64,000 bases of DNA from Lachnospiraceae bacterium (GCA_024684055.1 JAIKXN010000178.1:8741-72740), one strand, 5' to 3'; counted from the first letter of the stretch, positions 25,976 through 34,982 are shown. The notes: a model not told the origin generated them from the letters alone. Made by a program: numbers and translations.

Positions 25976-27184
25976 TTATAAATTATCAAAGAAAGCCGTG
26001 GGTGAAACCTCAGCATATTTCTGAGAACATTTTCCTTCTATTACCGCACCGTTGTTTATCTGAACGTTCTTACAGTCAATATCTCCGAGAACTTTTGCTT
26101 CCGATTCAAGGATAACGGGACCGTTAACATCAATCTTGCCCTTTACCGCTCCTGCGATCTGAGCTTCGTTGGATTCGATGTCGCCGATCAAAACCGCATC
26201 AGCAGTAATAATAATTCCGTTATCGGATTTAACGTTTCCTCTGATCTTTCCGGAGCTGAGCGATACAACAAGCCCTTCTACGTTTCCGATTACAGTTCCG
26301 GTAATAAGAACTTCACCGTTTGCTTTAACATCGCCTTCAACGTAACCGTCGATCTGTGCGGAACCTGAAGCTTCGATTGAACCTTTTACGGAAGTTCCTT
26401 CGCAAATAAGTGTAAGATTGTCGTAATATTCGTCTTTTTTTGTATCCGCAAAAAGTGATGAAGCGGATGCGTTTGTTTCGTTAGTCATATCTTCTTCTGT
26501 CTCATTGCCTGATTTGTTATCGTCAGACTCTTTTATGTTTTCTGTATTTTCGGATGAGTTATTATCTTTGTTGTTAGAACCGGATTCGATATAATTTGTT
26601 ACAGTTTCCTGATCTGATCTGGAATTCTGATTTGATGCGGTATTCTGATTCGTTTCGGAACCGTTATTTGTTACGGAATTCTGATTTGATGCAGTATTCC
26701 GATTCGTTTCGGAACCGTTATTTGTTACGTTATTCTGATTCGTCTGTAAATTCCGGCCGGCATTCGCATTACCGGAAGATGAATTATTGCCGTTTTCCGA
26801 AGACTGGTTGTTATCAGAGGATTCTGCCCCTTCATCAGATACCGAAGTATCGGTATTCTGAACCGCCTCTGATGTTTCTTTATTCGCGAATACATCTCCA
26901 ACATCTTCAAACGTTTCGTTTTTGAAGGAAGGCTTTTCGGAAAAATCATCTGCCGAAACAGGCTTATCATCTATGCCGTTTAAAATATTCTGTATTTCTT
27001 TTTCAAGATTCTCGTTAGGTTTCTTTTCCCTTCTGAATTTCGAAGTTCTTCTTGAAGAATCGAAAGTAGAAACATCATCTTTATAATGTTCTTTTGATAA
27101 AGCAATATCTTTTTCAGCTTTCTCGTCCGTAAGTTCATTTACAGCCGAAGCAAGATCTTCTTTTAAATCATTGAAAAATCCCAT
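25976..27184 (-). CDS. Bactofilin (polymer-forming cytoskeletal protein) with a long low-complexity N-terminus
   Basis: C-terminal beta-helix repeats (TLICEGTSVKGSIEASGSAQIDGYVEGDV...GAVIEGKC) after an Asn/Ser/Glu-rich region. Confidence 0.9.
   Translation of the reverse strand: MGFFNDLKEDLASAVNELTDEKAEKDIALSKEHYKDDVSTFDSSRRTSKFRREKKPNENLEKEIQNILNGIDDKPVSADDFSEKPSFKNETFEDVGDVFANKETSEAVQNTDTSVSDEGAESSDNNQSSENGNNSSSGNANAGRNLQTNQNNVTNNGSETNRNTASNQNSVTNNGSETNQNTASNQNSRSDQETVTNYIESGSNNKDNNSSENTENIKESDDNKSGNETEEDMTNETNASASSLFADTKKDEYYDNLTLICEGTSVKGSIEASGSAQIDGYVEGDVKANGEVLITGTVIGNVEGLVVSLSSGKIRGNVKSDNGIIITADAVLIGDIESNEAQIAGAVKGKIDVNGPVILESEAKVLGDIDCKNVQINNGAVIEGKCSQKYAEVSPTAFFDNL
26621..26742. repeat. 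In-frame 54-bp tandem repeat (about 2.3 copies) in the bactofilin gene
   Basis: Units at 26621, 26675, 26729 (partial); encode VTNNGSETN(R/Q)NTASNQNS. Confidence 0.95.
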
Positions 27185-27196
27185 TTTACACCACCG

Positions 27197-28135
27197 TTAT
27201 TCTTCAGTTTTTTTATGAACATGCTGTATGATTTCCGAATTCTCCGTTATTGGAAGGAATACTACATCATCCCTGCCCTGAAGACTCTGGAAAATGATAT
27301 CCAATGCTTCAATGCTCGAATGTTTGTCATTCGCATCATGCATGAGAATCACAGCATCGCTCTTTCCTTCAATACCCTTTAAGACATTGTTTGCGATCTG
27401 TCCTTTGGAAAGGCCGCCAAATGTCGAGTCGTTACTTGCAACATTCCAGTCGATATAAACAAGACCTTTTTGATCAAGATAATCAAACAGTTCGTTCTTA
27501 TCGCCTTTATAAATGGTATTCGAACTTCCGCCTGGGAATCTGTAGAATACAGGTCTGACCTGAGTTTTCTGTTCCACAAAATCGCAGATATTGTTTACAT
27601 CATTCTCGAAACCTTCCAAACTTCCGTATACATCCGAATATACATGTTTGTAGGAATGAACTCCGAGTGTATGTCCTTCATTGAGAATACGAATGTATTC
27701 TTCATCATAGCCATCCTGAGCAAGCACGAAAAAAGTTGCTTTGGCACCGTATTTATTCAATACGTCAAGCAGTTCGTTTGTATATTGGCTCGGACCGTCG
27801 TCAAAAGTAAGATAAATCCTCGTATAATTTTCATACTCTTCCTTATCGGAAGAAACCTTGAAAACAAAATCGTTGTCAACAAGTGTATCGTTAACTGCTT
27901 CCGATTTTTTCTCGGTTGAAGCTATTTTCTCAACCTCGGTCTGGCTTAACTGAACAATCTGAGTGTTGATATCCTTTATGTTCTCATTTGTTTTGTATAT
28001 CAGTCCCAGAAGAAAGATACAAAAAAGATTGGGAAGCGTTATAAAGAAAATCATCGTTCCAACGATCAGTCTTTTAAATATTTTTATTCGTTTTTTACGA
28101 AAATCGCTTAAACCTGAATTCTCATTTGATTCCAT
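27197..28135 (-). CDS. Membrane-anchored polysaccharide deacetylase (CE4/NodB, PgdA-like)
   Basis: N-terminal TM and coiled coil; CE4 motifs TFDDGP, HSYKH, YRFPGG, DWNV, ILMHD. Confidence 0.92.
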   Translation of the reverse strand: MESNENSGLSDFRKKRIKIFKRLIVGTMIFFITLPNLFCIFLLGLIYKTNENIKDINTQIVQLSQTEVEKIASTEKKSEAVNDTLVDNDFVFKVSSDKEEYENYTRIYLTFDDGPSQYTNELLDVLNKYGAKATFFVLAQDGYDEEYIRILNEGHTLGVHSYKHVYSDVYGSLEGFENDVNNICDFVEQKTQVRPVFYRFPGGSSNTIYKGDKNELFDYLDQKGLVYIDWNVASNDSTFGGLSKGQIANNVLKGIEGKSDAVILMHDANDKHSSIEALDIIFQSLQGRDDVVFLPITENSEIIQHVHKKTEE

Positions 28136-28260
28136 ATTTCTACCTCGAAGAATATATAAAAGTTTATTGCCATATATGAATCAAAAAAACAATAAACAGA
28201 ATAAGAAAAATTTTAACAGAATGCAGAATCCCCACACGTAAACAGGGGTGTGCAAGAGTA

Positions 28261-28289
28261 ATGATAGCACACAGATTTTCAGTATTCAA
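28261..28289 (-). promoter_or_regulatory. sigmaA promoter of the deacetylase-bactofilin pair
   Basis: TTGAAT-N17-TATCAT with a TGn extension. Confidence 0.6.
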
Positions 28290-28489
28290 ACCATAATTTT
28301 TGAAAATAGATTAGGACAAAAATCAAACCACAAGATAATGTATAAAGTCTGAAAATTTAACAAAAAAATTTTTCATGACTGTCATAGGAACATTAAATTT
28401 CGAAAAATACAAAACAAAAAAATAAGATTGAGGAAAATGAAAAAATGATACAAAAATCGCCTGAATCAAAAAAACATTAAAGGCACAAA

Positions 28490-28527
28490 AAAGCACCTTC
28501 AGCGCCATATGACACCAAAGATGCTTT
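28490..28527 (-). terminator. Rho-independent terminator of rpsB-tsf
   Basis: Long stem that pairs fully only as minus-strand RNA (five G-U pairs), followed by a U tract. Confidence 0.85.
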
Positions 28528-28558
28528 AATTTTAGTTTTAATTTTAATTTTTTAAGAA

Positions 28559-29638
28559 TTATGCGTTCATCTGAGCGGCAACTTCTGCTGCGAAGTCTTC
28601 GTTCTTCTTCTCCATACCTTCACCAACTTCGAAACGAACGAACTTGGAAATAACGATATTAGCATCTACGCTCTTAAGGTATGCAGCAACGCTCTGCTTT
28701 CCGTCTTCTGCTTTTACATAAACCTGATCAAGCAAGCAGATTTCCTTAAGCTGCTTTGAAATACGTCCTTCTACGAGACCTGCGAAAATCTTGTCTGTAG
28801 AAATCTCATCCTTCTTTGCAAGTGCTGCCTGAGCAAGTGCTGCCTTACCTGCATCTGAAATGAAGTTGGGAAGATACTTGTTAGTCTTGTTCTCTTCATA
28901 GTTCTTCTTATCTTCATCGCTCCATGCAGAACCGTTAACTGCTTCTTCAAGAAGCTTGTTAAGGATGGGCTTGGGTAATGTGAATGCATCGTTTAATGCG
29001 CTTTCAAGTGTGATATCTTTGATCTTTGCAAGTTCGTCTGCAGAGATATCGTTTCTTGAAATGTATGTAGGATTCATAGCTGCAACCTGCATTGCTACGT
29101 TTGTAAGAGCTTCCTTAACTGCATTGCCCTTAGCACCGGTAGCTGCAACAAGAACACCGATCTTTCCGCCGCCGTGAATGTAAGTAGCAACTTCATCACC
29201 AACAACTCTTTCGAATCTTCTGAAAGAAAGTTTCTCACCGATCTTAAGAGTCTTGTCAGCGATAACTGCTGTAAGACCTGCATCAAGTAAATCCTGAACA
29301 TCTTCGCCGTTAGCGCCGCCGTTCTTTCCTGAAGCAAGTGCTGTATCAGCAACTTCCTGAACGAATTCCTGGAATACTTCGTTCTTTGCAACAAAGTCTG
29401 TTTCCGAGTTAACTTCTACTACAACTGCAACTCCGTCAGAGCAGGCAACTCTTGCAATACCTTCTGCTGCAATTCTGCTTGCCTTCTTTTCCATTTTAGC
29501 TGCACCTGATTTTTTAAGAATATCTACTGCTGCATCCATGTTGCCGTCAGCTTCTGTAAGAGCCTTCTTGCAATCCATCATGCCTGCGCCTGTCATTTCT
29601 CTTAATTCTTTTACCATACCGGCTGTAATAGCTGCCAT
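28559..29638 (-). CDS. tsf: Elongation factor Ts (with an approx. 60-aa insertion)
   Basis: VKELREMTGAGMMDCKKAL, EVNSETDFVAKN, FVRFEVGEG; follows rpsB. Confidence 0.98.
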   Translation of the reverse strand: MAAITAGMVKELREMTGAGMMDCKKALTEADGNMDAAVDILKKSGAAKMEKKASRIAAEGIARVACSDGVAVVVEVNSETDFVAKNEVFQEFVQEVADTALASGKNGGANGEDVQDLLDAGLTAVIADKTLKIGEKLSFRRFERVVGDEVATYIHGGGKIGVLVAATGAKGNAVKEALTNVAMQVAAMNPTYISRNDISADELAKIKDITLESALNDAFTLPKPILNKLLEEAVNGSAWSDEDKKNYEENKTNKYLPNFISDAGKAALAQAALAKKDEISTDKIFAGLVEGRISKQLKEICLLDQVYVKAEDGKQSVAAYLKSVDANIVISKFVRFEVGEGMEKKNEDFAAEVAAQMNA

Positions 29639-29693
29639 TATTATATCCTCCTGTTTTCTTAATTAAATGTTTTCCTGATTCTAATCCGAATAA

Positions 29694-30437
29694 TTATGCT
29701 TCTGCTTCTTCTGCATCTGCTTCAGCAGATTCAGCTTCAACGTCTGACATGATTTCGCCCTGGTTAGCTTCGATGATAGCGTCAGCCATCTTGCTTACGA
29801 TAAGCTTAACGGCACGGATAGCGTCATCGTTTCCGGGAATAACATAATCAAGATCTTCGGGATCACAGTTAGTATCAGCAATACCGATAAGAGTAATACC
29901 AAGTGAATGTGCTTCCTGTACGCAGATTTTTTCCTTCTTGGGATCTACAACAAAGATAGCATCGGGAATTCTTGTCATTTCCTTGATACCGCCAAGGTTC
30001 TTCTCAAGCTTGTCCCATTCTTTCTGAAGCTTTGCAACTTCCTTCTTTGTAAGAACTTCGAAAGTTCCGTCCTGGCTCATCTTTTCGATAGCTTTAAGTC
30101 TGTCGATTGAAGACTGGATGGTCTTGAAGTTTGTAAGCATACCGCCAAGCCATCTCTCGTTTACATAGTACATACCGCAACGCTCTGCTTCTGTCTTAAC
30201 AGCATCCTGAGCCTGCTTCTTAGTACCAACAAAAAGAACAGTTCCTCCTGCCTGTGCAATTTCAGAAATTGCATTGTAAGCTTCGTCAACCTTTCCTACT
30301 GACTTCTGAAGATCGATAATATAAATACCGTTTCTCTCGGTATAAATATAAGGAGCCATCTTAGGGTTCCATCTTCTTGTCTGGTGTCCGAAGTGTACAC
30401 CTGCTTCGAGTAACTGTTTCATTGAAATAACGCTCAT
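29694..30437 (-). CDS. rpsB: 30S ribosomal protein S2
   Basis: [37 protein letters not shown]. True start ATG 30437 follows AAGGAGG. Confidence 0.99.
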   Translation of the reverse strand: MSVISMKQLLEAGVHFGHQTRRWNPKMAPYIYTERNGIYIIDLQKSVGKVDEAYNAISEIAQAGGTVLFVGTKKQAQDAVKTEAERCGMYYVNERWLGGMLTNFKTIQSSIDRLKAIEKMSQDGTFEVLTKKEVAKLQKEWDKLEKNLGGIKEMTRIPDAIFVVDPKKEKICVQEAHSLGITLIGIADTNCDPEDLDYVIPGNDDAIRAVKLIVSKMADAIIEANQGEIMSDVEAESAEADAEEAEA

Positions 30438-30444
30438 TAAATTT

Positions 30445-30526
30445 TCCTCCTTGGTTTTTCCTCCGCATGTTTCACAATCAAGGATAACCCTTTGGGCACC
30501 AATCCTTATAACCACATGCGTGTGTT
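30445..30526 (-). ncRNA. rpsB 5' leader (t44-like autogenous S2 regulatory element)
   Basis: CACACGC...GGTGCCC...GCGGAGG layout matches the conserved rpsB leader; lies between the promoter and the SD. Confidence 0.75.
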
Positions 30527-30543
30527 TTTAGCGCAACGCTGAA

Positions 30544-30573
30544 ATTATAACATAAGAAAACCCCTTATTGCAA
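30544..30573 (-). promoter_or_regulatory. sigmaA promoter of rpsB-tsf
   Basis: TTGCAA-N18-TATAAT with a TGn extension. Confidence 0.75.
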
Positions 30574-30582
30574 GGGGTTTTC
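30556..30582 (-). terminator. Terminator of the upstream YceG-like gene, overlapping the rpsB promoter
   Basis: Perfect 11-bp stem GAAAACCCCTT/AAGGGGTTTTC immediately after the stop codon at 30587. Confidence 0.75.
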
Positions 30583-30586
30583 GTAA

Positions 30587-31393
30587 TTAATCTTCATTAA
30601 TGTTCATCATACCGCACAAATATTTGGAAATCGTTTCAAAATCCGCATCTACGGGGATGTTGTAAGAACCTACGCGCAGTCTCTTATCATAACCGTTTTC
30701 GCAGAGATATTTATTGAATTCCGTTTCACTCTTTGCAAGTCCGGCATTCATTACCGAGTTTGAAACCGTTTCGGAACTTTGACCTGATTTGACTTCGACC
30801 AAAACCGTTTTTACATTTCCGGTCGTTTTGTCTGATGCAGGCTTCGTGTCACCGGTATCTGAATCCTTGTCTGTGTCATCGGTATTTTTATCCTTATCGG
30901 AATTCTGTCCGTCTGTATTCTTGTCTGTATCGGAATTCTGTCCGTCCGTATTCTTGTCCGTGTCCGAATTCACTTTAGCAGAATCGTTACCGTCTTCTTT
31001 GTTATCAGAAGAAGTATCAGTTTGCGAATCTGTATTGTTTCCGGTATTTTTGTCATCTCCAAAAAATTTGTTCTTATCCTCGCCTGATCCGGATGAAGCG
31101 CTTTCAGTCTGTTTTTCTCCCCCGTTACCTGTAACGGAAGAATCCTCGTTTTTTGAAGTATCGGATGAAGTTTCTTTATCTTTATCATCAGAAGCACTGA
31201 CTTTAGCGGATTCTCCCATATCGTTTGCAAGAGGAGCCGTAAGAGTCGTGCTTTCCGTCATTCCGAGTTCTTTCGCTCTTTTAATTACGTACTCATCGGA
31301 AACTTTATTGGTCATTTTCCCTGATATTATCAATACAAGGGCCGTAACGATAATACCGATACCAAGCCCTTTTAAATATGCTTTATAATTCAT
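30587..31393 (-). CDS. Membrane-anchored protein with a low-complexity linker and a C-terminal YceG/MltG N-terminal-like subdomain (no catalytic domain)
   Basis: N-terminal TM, Asp/Ser/Thr-rich linker, then VEVKSGQSSETVS..AGL..EFNKYL..GYDKRLRVGSYNI. Confidence 0.75.
   Translation of the reverse strand: MNYKAYLKGLGIGIIVTALVLIISGKMTNKVSDEYVIKRAKELGMTESTTLTAPLANDMGESAKVSASDDKDKETSSDTSKNEDSSVTGNGGEKQTESASSGSGEDKNKFFGDDKNTGNNTDSQTDTSSDNKEDGNDSAKVNSDTDKNTDGQNSDTDKNTDGQNSDKDKNTDDTDKDSDTGDTKPASDKTTGNVKTVLVEVKSGQSSETVSNSVMNAGLAKSETEFNKYLCENGYDKRLRVGSYNIPVDADFETISKYLCGMMNINED
30895..30971. repeat. In-frame 33-bp tandem repeat
   Basis: Units at 30895, 30928, 30961 (partial); encode (T)DKNTDGQNSD. Confidence 0.9.
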
Positions 31394-31426
31394 TTCATCA
31401 CACTCTCGTAAAAACTGTCAGTAAAT

Positions 31427-32197
31427 TTACATCTTTGCAAGATCGATAACAAGTTTTACTTCTCCGACACCGAGTCCGAGTTCTTTTGCTATCGCAACAT
31501 TGCTCTTGCCTTCTTTGTAAAGTCTTAAAATTTCTTCATTATGATTGCTTCCCGCAAGCATTGAATCAGGATTCCTTTTAACGGTCTTTCTCGCTCTCTT
31601 TGATGCAGGAGCGGTTGTATTCGATGCAGTCATCTTCGCTCTGTTTTTGTTGAATTCCTCTTCAAGAGCGGTAAGTTTATTCTTTTCGAGTTCTATTTCG
31701 TTTTCTTTCTGCTCGAATTCCTGAATGAGAGCACTCTTGTTCTTTTCGAAATCGGCATTTGCCTCGTCTTTGGCACTCTCGATCGCTTGAAGAGTATTCT
31801 TTACATCCCTTGATGTGCTTTCAAGTTCCGCCTGGCTCTTTAAGATATCATCATGCTTGTTGTTTAACATGTCATAAAGAAAAACAGCTTCTTCATGATT
31901 CTTGTTGATATCCTTAAGAACGGTATCTCCGTACTCGTTTACAGCCATGATCTTTTCGTTGGAAATTCTCTCGAGTCCTCTTTCGGCTTTTTCAAGGTAT
32001 TCGGAAACTTCTTCCTCAAGTGAATCCTTAAGATTGACTTTGTATTTTTCTATTTCATTTTCTATAAGTTCTTTGATACGTTCTGTTTCTTTTCTTTCTT
32101 CCCAGCTTGTTTTAGCTTTTGTTTTTTCGGGAATAAAGATTCCGGCCGCAAGACATGCTGCGCCAAGAACGAGCAAAATAATTTCAAGTATAGTCAT
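31427..32197 (-). CDS. DUF6115-like membrane-anchored coiled-coil protein with a C-terminal HTH-like motif
   Basis: N-terminal TM, long coiled coil, C-terminal EEILRLYKEGKSNVAIAKELGLGVGEVKLVIDL. Confidence 0.75.
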   Translation of the reverse strand: MTILEIILLVLGAACLAAGIFIPEKTKAKTSWEERKETERIKELIENEIEKYKVNLKDSLEEEVSEYLEKAERGLERISNEKIMAVNEYGDTVLKDINKNHEEAVFLYDMLNNKHDDILKSQAELESTSRDVKNTLQAIESAKDEANADFEKNKSALIQEFEQKENEIELEKNKLTALEEEFNKNRAKMTASNTTAPASKRARKTVKRNPDSMLAGSNHNEEILRLYKEGKSNVAIAKELGLGVGEVKLVIDLAKM

Positions 32198-32261
32198 ATC
32201 GGCTCCATAATTTCAAAATTCAATAATTGAAATAATATAACATTTTCAAAAATTATTCAAT

Positions 32262-33848
32262 TTATAACGGAGACATTTTTATATCTGCCCCGTCTTTATA
32301 AAATCTGCAGTATCTGCAATCGCTTTTGACAGTCATCTGAATGTCGTTAATGCAGATTCTGGTTCCTGCAAATACGGTATCCTTGACGCAAAGCTGTGAA
32401 GGGCTTTCGTTAATGAGAGCATCCTTAATGTCATCAAATTCATCGCCGTATTCTTCACGCTGCCTGAGCAGAGTCTGAACCGCTTCAGACATATCTTTAA
32501 TATTCTTGGCGGTTTCAGGCGATATCTTTATGCCTTTGGCGATTTTCTGCTTGAAAGCTTCTATAACGGGAAGCATCTGTGAAAGGTTTTTGTTTATCTT
32601 TTCGATTTCGGTACCAAGTTCTTCCATTCGAAGTCTCATCTGAGGATCCACACCGAGTCTTACAACTGTATCCGATCCCATCTGCGACCCGAGTGTCTTA
32701 ACAAAGATTTTGTCTCTAGCCGAAACGTTGCTTCCCGAAATGTTTCCTTTTCTTCCGTCAACGGTGATCTCGGTTCTTGCCGATACATTTGAATGCATAA
32801 TGGCTTCGGACTGAATGTAACCGCCTGCTTTTAATGTTGCATTTTCAACATATTTGGTAATAATGTTTCCGCCCGCGGTAATATCGCCCTTGCCCATACC
32901 GTTAATGCCTCTTGCAACGGTAATGTTTCCTTCGGCAACAAGCGTGGCACCTTCAATAACTCCCGCAACTTCAATATTGCCTGTAGCCTTAACCGTAAAG
33001 TTCGTATTAACGTTTCCATTAATCTTAACCGAGCCGTCATAATCAATGTCACCTGTGGAAGCGTCTACATTTTCAACCTCAAAAACATTCGAAACAAAGA
33101 TCTTTCCTTCCACAAGCATTACATGCCCGGACACTTCAGAATAAGCAAGCGTATGATCGTCGTTAAGCGCAACGTTACGCCCGAATTTAAGCATAAGTTT
33201 CTTTACGTCTCTGGGTTTAACAAATCCGCCCGTAACATCCATGCCGCTCTCACCAGGATCTTCTTTGATAAGTTTTGCGAGAAGATCGCCTTTTTTGATA
33301 TGATTTACAGCATTAAGATTAAAGAAATCAACACTGCCATCTTCATTAACGGTAGGTTTTGCTCTTAAATCGGTATTGAAATAATATTCTATCGAAGCAT
33401 CGGTTCCGTGTCTTACTTCTTTTCCTCTGGCAAGCACGAAATCCGTACAGTACTCTCTTTTATTTACAAATTTTTCAATGGCAGCGGTATCAACGCCGTA
33501 TGTTACATTTGCGGATTTAAGGTCGGAAATGATATCTTCCCTGCTTAAAAGATTACCGCCGACACTGGGCGGATAAAATCTGCATACCGCTTCCATCTTG
33601 TTGGGCGATATGGTAACGACTATCATTTCACGCTCGGGATATCTTTTCATGTTATCGAGAGCAATTTTCCCTTTATTGGGTGTCGATATAATTTTTTTGT
33701 TTAAATCGGCAATATCAAAAACGATACCTTTTTTATTAAGGTAATCCGCAATTTCATTTATGCTTAAAGGAGCACCGCCGTCATCGCTTTTAAAAACAAT
33801 AAGGTTTGTACCCGTCTGAGTCATTTCAAGCTGAAAGTAAGAATTCAT
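32262..33848 (-). CDS. FapA/DUF342-family flagellar assembly protein
   Basis: GSVDFFNLN, NVDASTGDIDYDGSVKING, beta-helix repeats and a C-terminal coiled coil; directly after fliA. Confidence 0.88.
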   Translation of the reverse strand: MNSYFQLEMTQTGTNLIVFKSDDGGAPLSINEIADYLNKKGIVFDIADLNKKIISTPNKGKIALDNMKRYPEREMIVVTISPNKMEAVCRFYPPSVGGNLLSREDIISDLKSANVTYGVDTAAIEKFVNKREYCTDFVLARGKEVRHGTDASIEYYFNTDLRAKPTVNEDGSVDFFNLNAVNHIKKGDLLAKLIKEDPGESGMDVTGGFVKPRDVKKLMLKFGRNVALNDDHTLAYSEVSGHVMLVEGKIFVSNVFEVENVDASTGDIDYDGSVKINGNVNTNFTVKATGNIEVAGVIEGATLVAEGNITVARGINGMGKGDITAGGNIITKYVENATLKAGGYIQSEAIMHSNVSARTEITVDGRKGNISGSNVSARDKIFVKTLGSQMGSDTVVRLGVDPQMRLRMEELGTEIEKINKNLSQMLPVIEAFKQKIAKGIKISPETAKNIKDMSEAVQTLLRQREEYGDEFDDIKDALINESPSQLCVKDTVFAGTRICINDIQMTVKSDCRYCRFYKDGADIKMSPL

Positions 33849-33941
33849 AATGTAACCCCCTAAATAATAAACGCAGCCATCGCGTTTAAGAAAATCGAAA
33901 ACGTAATGGCTTGTCCGTTTTTAATAAGCAAAATCTACAGA

Positions 33942-34706
33942 TCAAGTAAATACCATCGTATATTTGCCCAATACATCTTTCATTTTATTAAGAGCTTTTG
34001 TATGAAGCTGGGAAACACGGCTTTCGGATACTTCAAGTACGTTGCTTATCTCTTTTAACGTAAGCTCTTCATAATAATACAAAACCACGACACTTTTCTC
34101 TTTTTCGGTAAGAACTTCAAGGGATTCCATTAATTTACCTTTAAGTTCGTCTTTAAGAAAAGCATTTTCCGGAGAATCGAAATGTCTGCTGGCTCCGCCG
34201 GATTCGTTGGAAATGTCCGCGCCTGTTTCAAGATACTCATTTAAGGAAACAAGATTGCTGACTTTGCACTGAGACTGCCATTCGCAAAGTTCATCTTCGC
34301 TGACACCGATCTTTTCGGCAAGTTCCTCGTCAGTTCCCGGTCTTCCGAGTTCGTTTTCGAGTTCTCTCATCGCAGTATCAAGCTGTCTCTGTCTCTGTCT
34401 TACAGTTCTGGGAATCCAGTCAAGTTTTCTTATCTGGTCGAGAATTGCGCCTCTGATTCTGAGCGAAGCGTATGTTTCGAATTTAACTTCCTTCTCATCA
34501 TCAAACTTGTCAATGGCATCAATAAGACCAAAAAGACCATAACTGCAAAGATCCTCATAATCAACACTGTAACCGAGATACATGCTCAGTCTTCCCGCAA
34601 CAACCTTAACAAGAGGAACGTATTCCAATATGAGTTTTTCACGAGTAGAATCGGATTTGTTTCTTTTATAGTCATCCCATATTTTTCTTTTTGTTAATTC
34701 GTCCAT
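33942..34706 (-). CDS. fliA: Flagellar sigma factor sigma28 (FliA/SigD/WhiG)
   Basis: GLFGLIDAIDKF, FETYASLRIRGAILDQIR, LTLKEISNVLEVSESRVSQLH. Confidence 0.97.
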   Translation of the reverse strand: MDELTKRKIWDDYKRNKSDSTREKLILEYVPLVKVVAGRLSMYLGYSVDYEDLCSYGLFGLIDAIDKFDDEKEVKFETYASLRIRGAILDQIRKLDWIPRTVRQRQRQLDTAMRELENELGRPGTDEELAEKIGVSEDELCEWQSQCKVSNLVSLNEYLETGADISNESGGASRHFDSPENAFLKDELKGKLMESLEVLTEKEKSVVVLYYYEELTLKEISNVLEVSESRVSQLHTKALNKMKDVLGKYTMVFT

Positions 34707-34724
34707 TCCCTTTTACCCCAAATT

Positions 34725-34982
34725 TTAGTTACTTATAGTATCTTTCTCCAGCACCTGACCCTCATCGGATAATTCTCCCTCTTCCTCTTCGGGTTCCTTT
34801 TTATTCATTGAATCCATTATTATTTTCATTGCGAGAACACCCACAAAATAGAAAACAAATAATACAATAAACATAACCAGCAAAGTGGTTATCAAATCCT
34901 GGTTTGTAACATATAGCGAAATACTTGCTATAGCTCCGGCCAAAAGAGTTACGAAAGCAGGTAAAAGTCTAATCTTCTTCAT
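34725..34982 (-). CDS. Small two-TM membrane protein with an acidic tail, unknown function
   Basis: 85-aa ORF packed between cheD and fliA (1 nt after the cheD stop); two hydrophobic helices. Confidence 0.75.
   Translation of the reverse strand: MKKIRLLPAFVTLLAGAIASISLYVTNQDLITTLLVMFIVLFVFYFVGVLAMKIIMDSMNKKEPEEEEGELSDEGQVLEKDTISN

Noticed and set aside
28230-28252. H-type pseudoknot from CCCCACAC/GGGGTGTG
   Set aside because: Both groove-crossing loops would be zero nucleotides long, which is sterically impossible; kept only as alternative hairpins.
28323-28508. 61-aa hydrophobic ORF after tsf
   Set aside because: Starts inside the tsf terminator; its hydrophobicity just reflects T-rich intergenic DNA.
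30438-30515. Longer ORF-track starts for rpsB (also thrC 11801, fliM 50514, motB 51948, fliO 47889)
   Set aside because: The extensions run through leader RNA or upstream genes; the downstream starts have clear SD sequences and match family N-termini.
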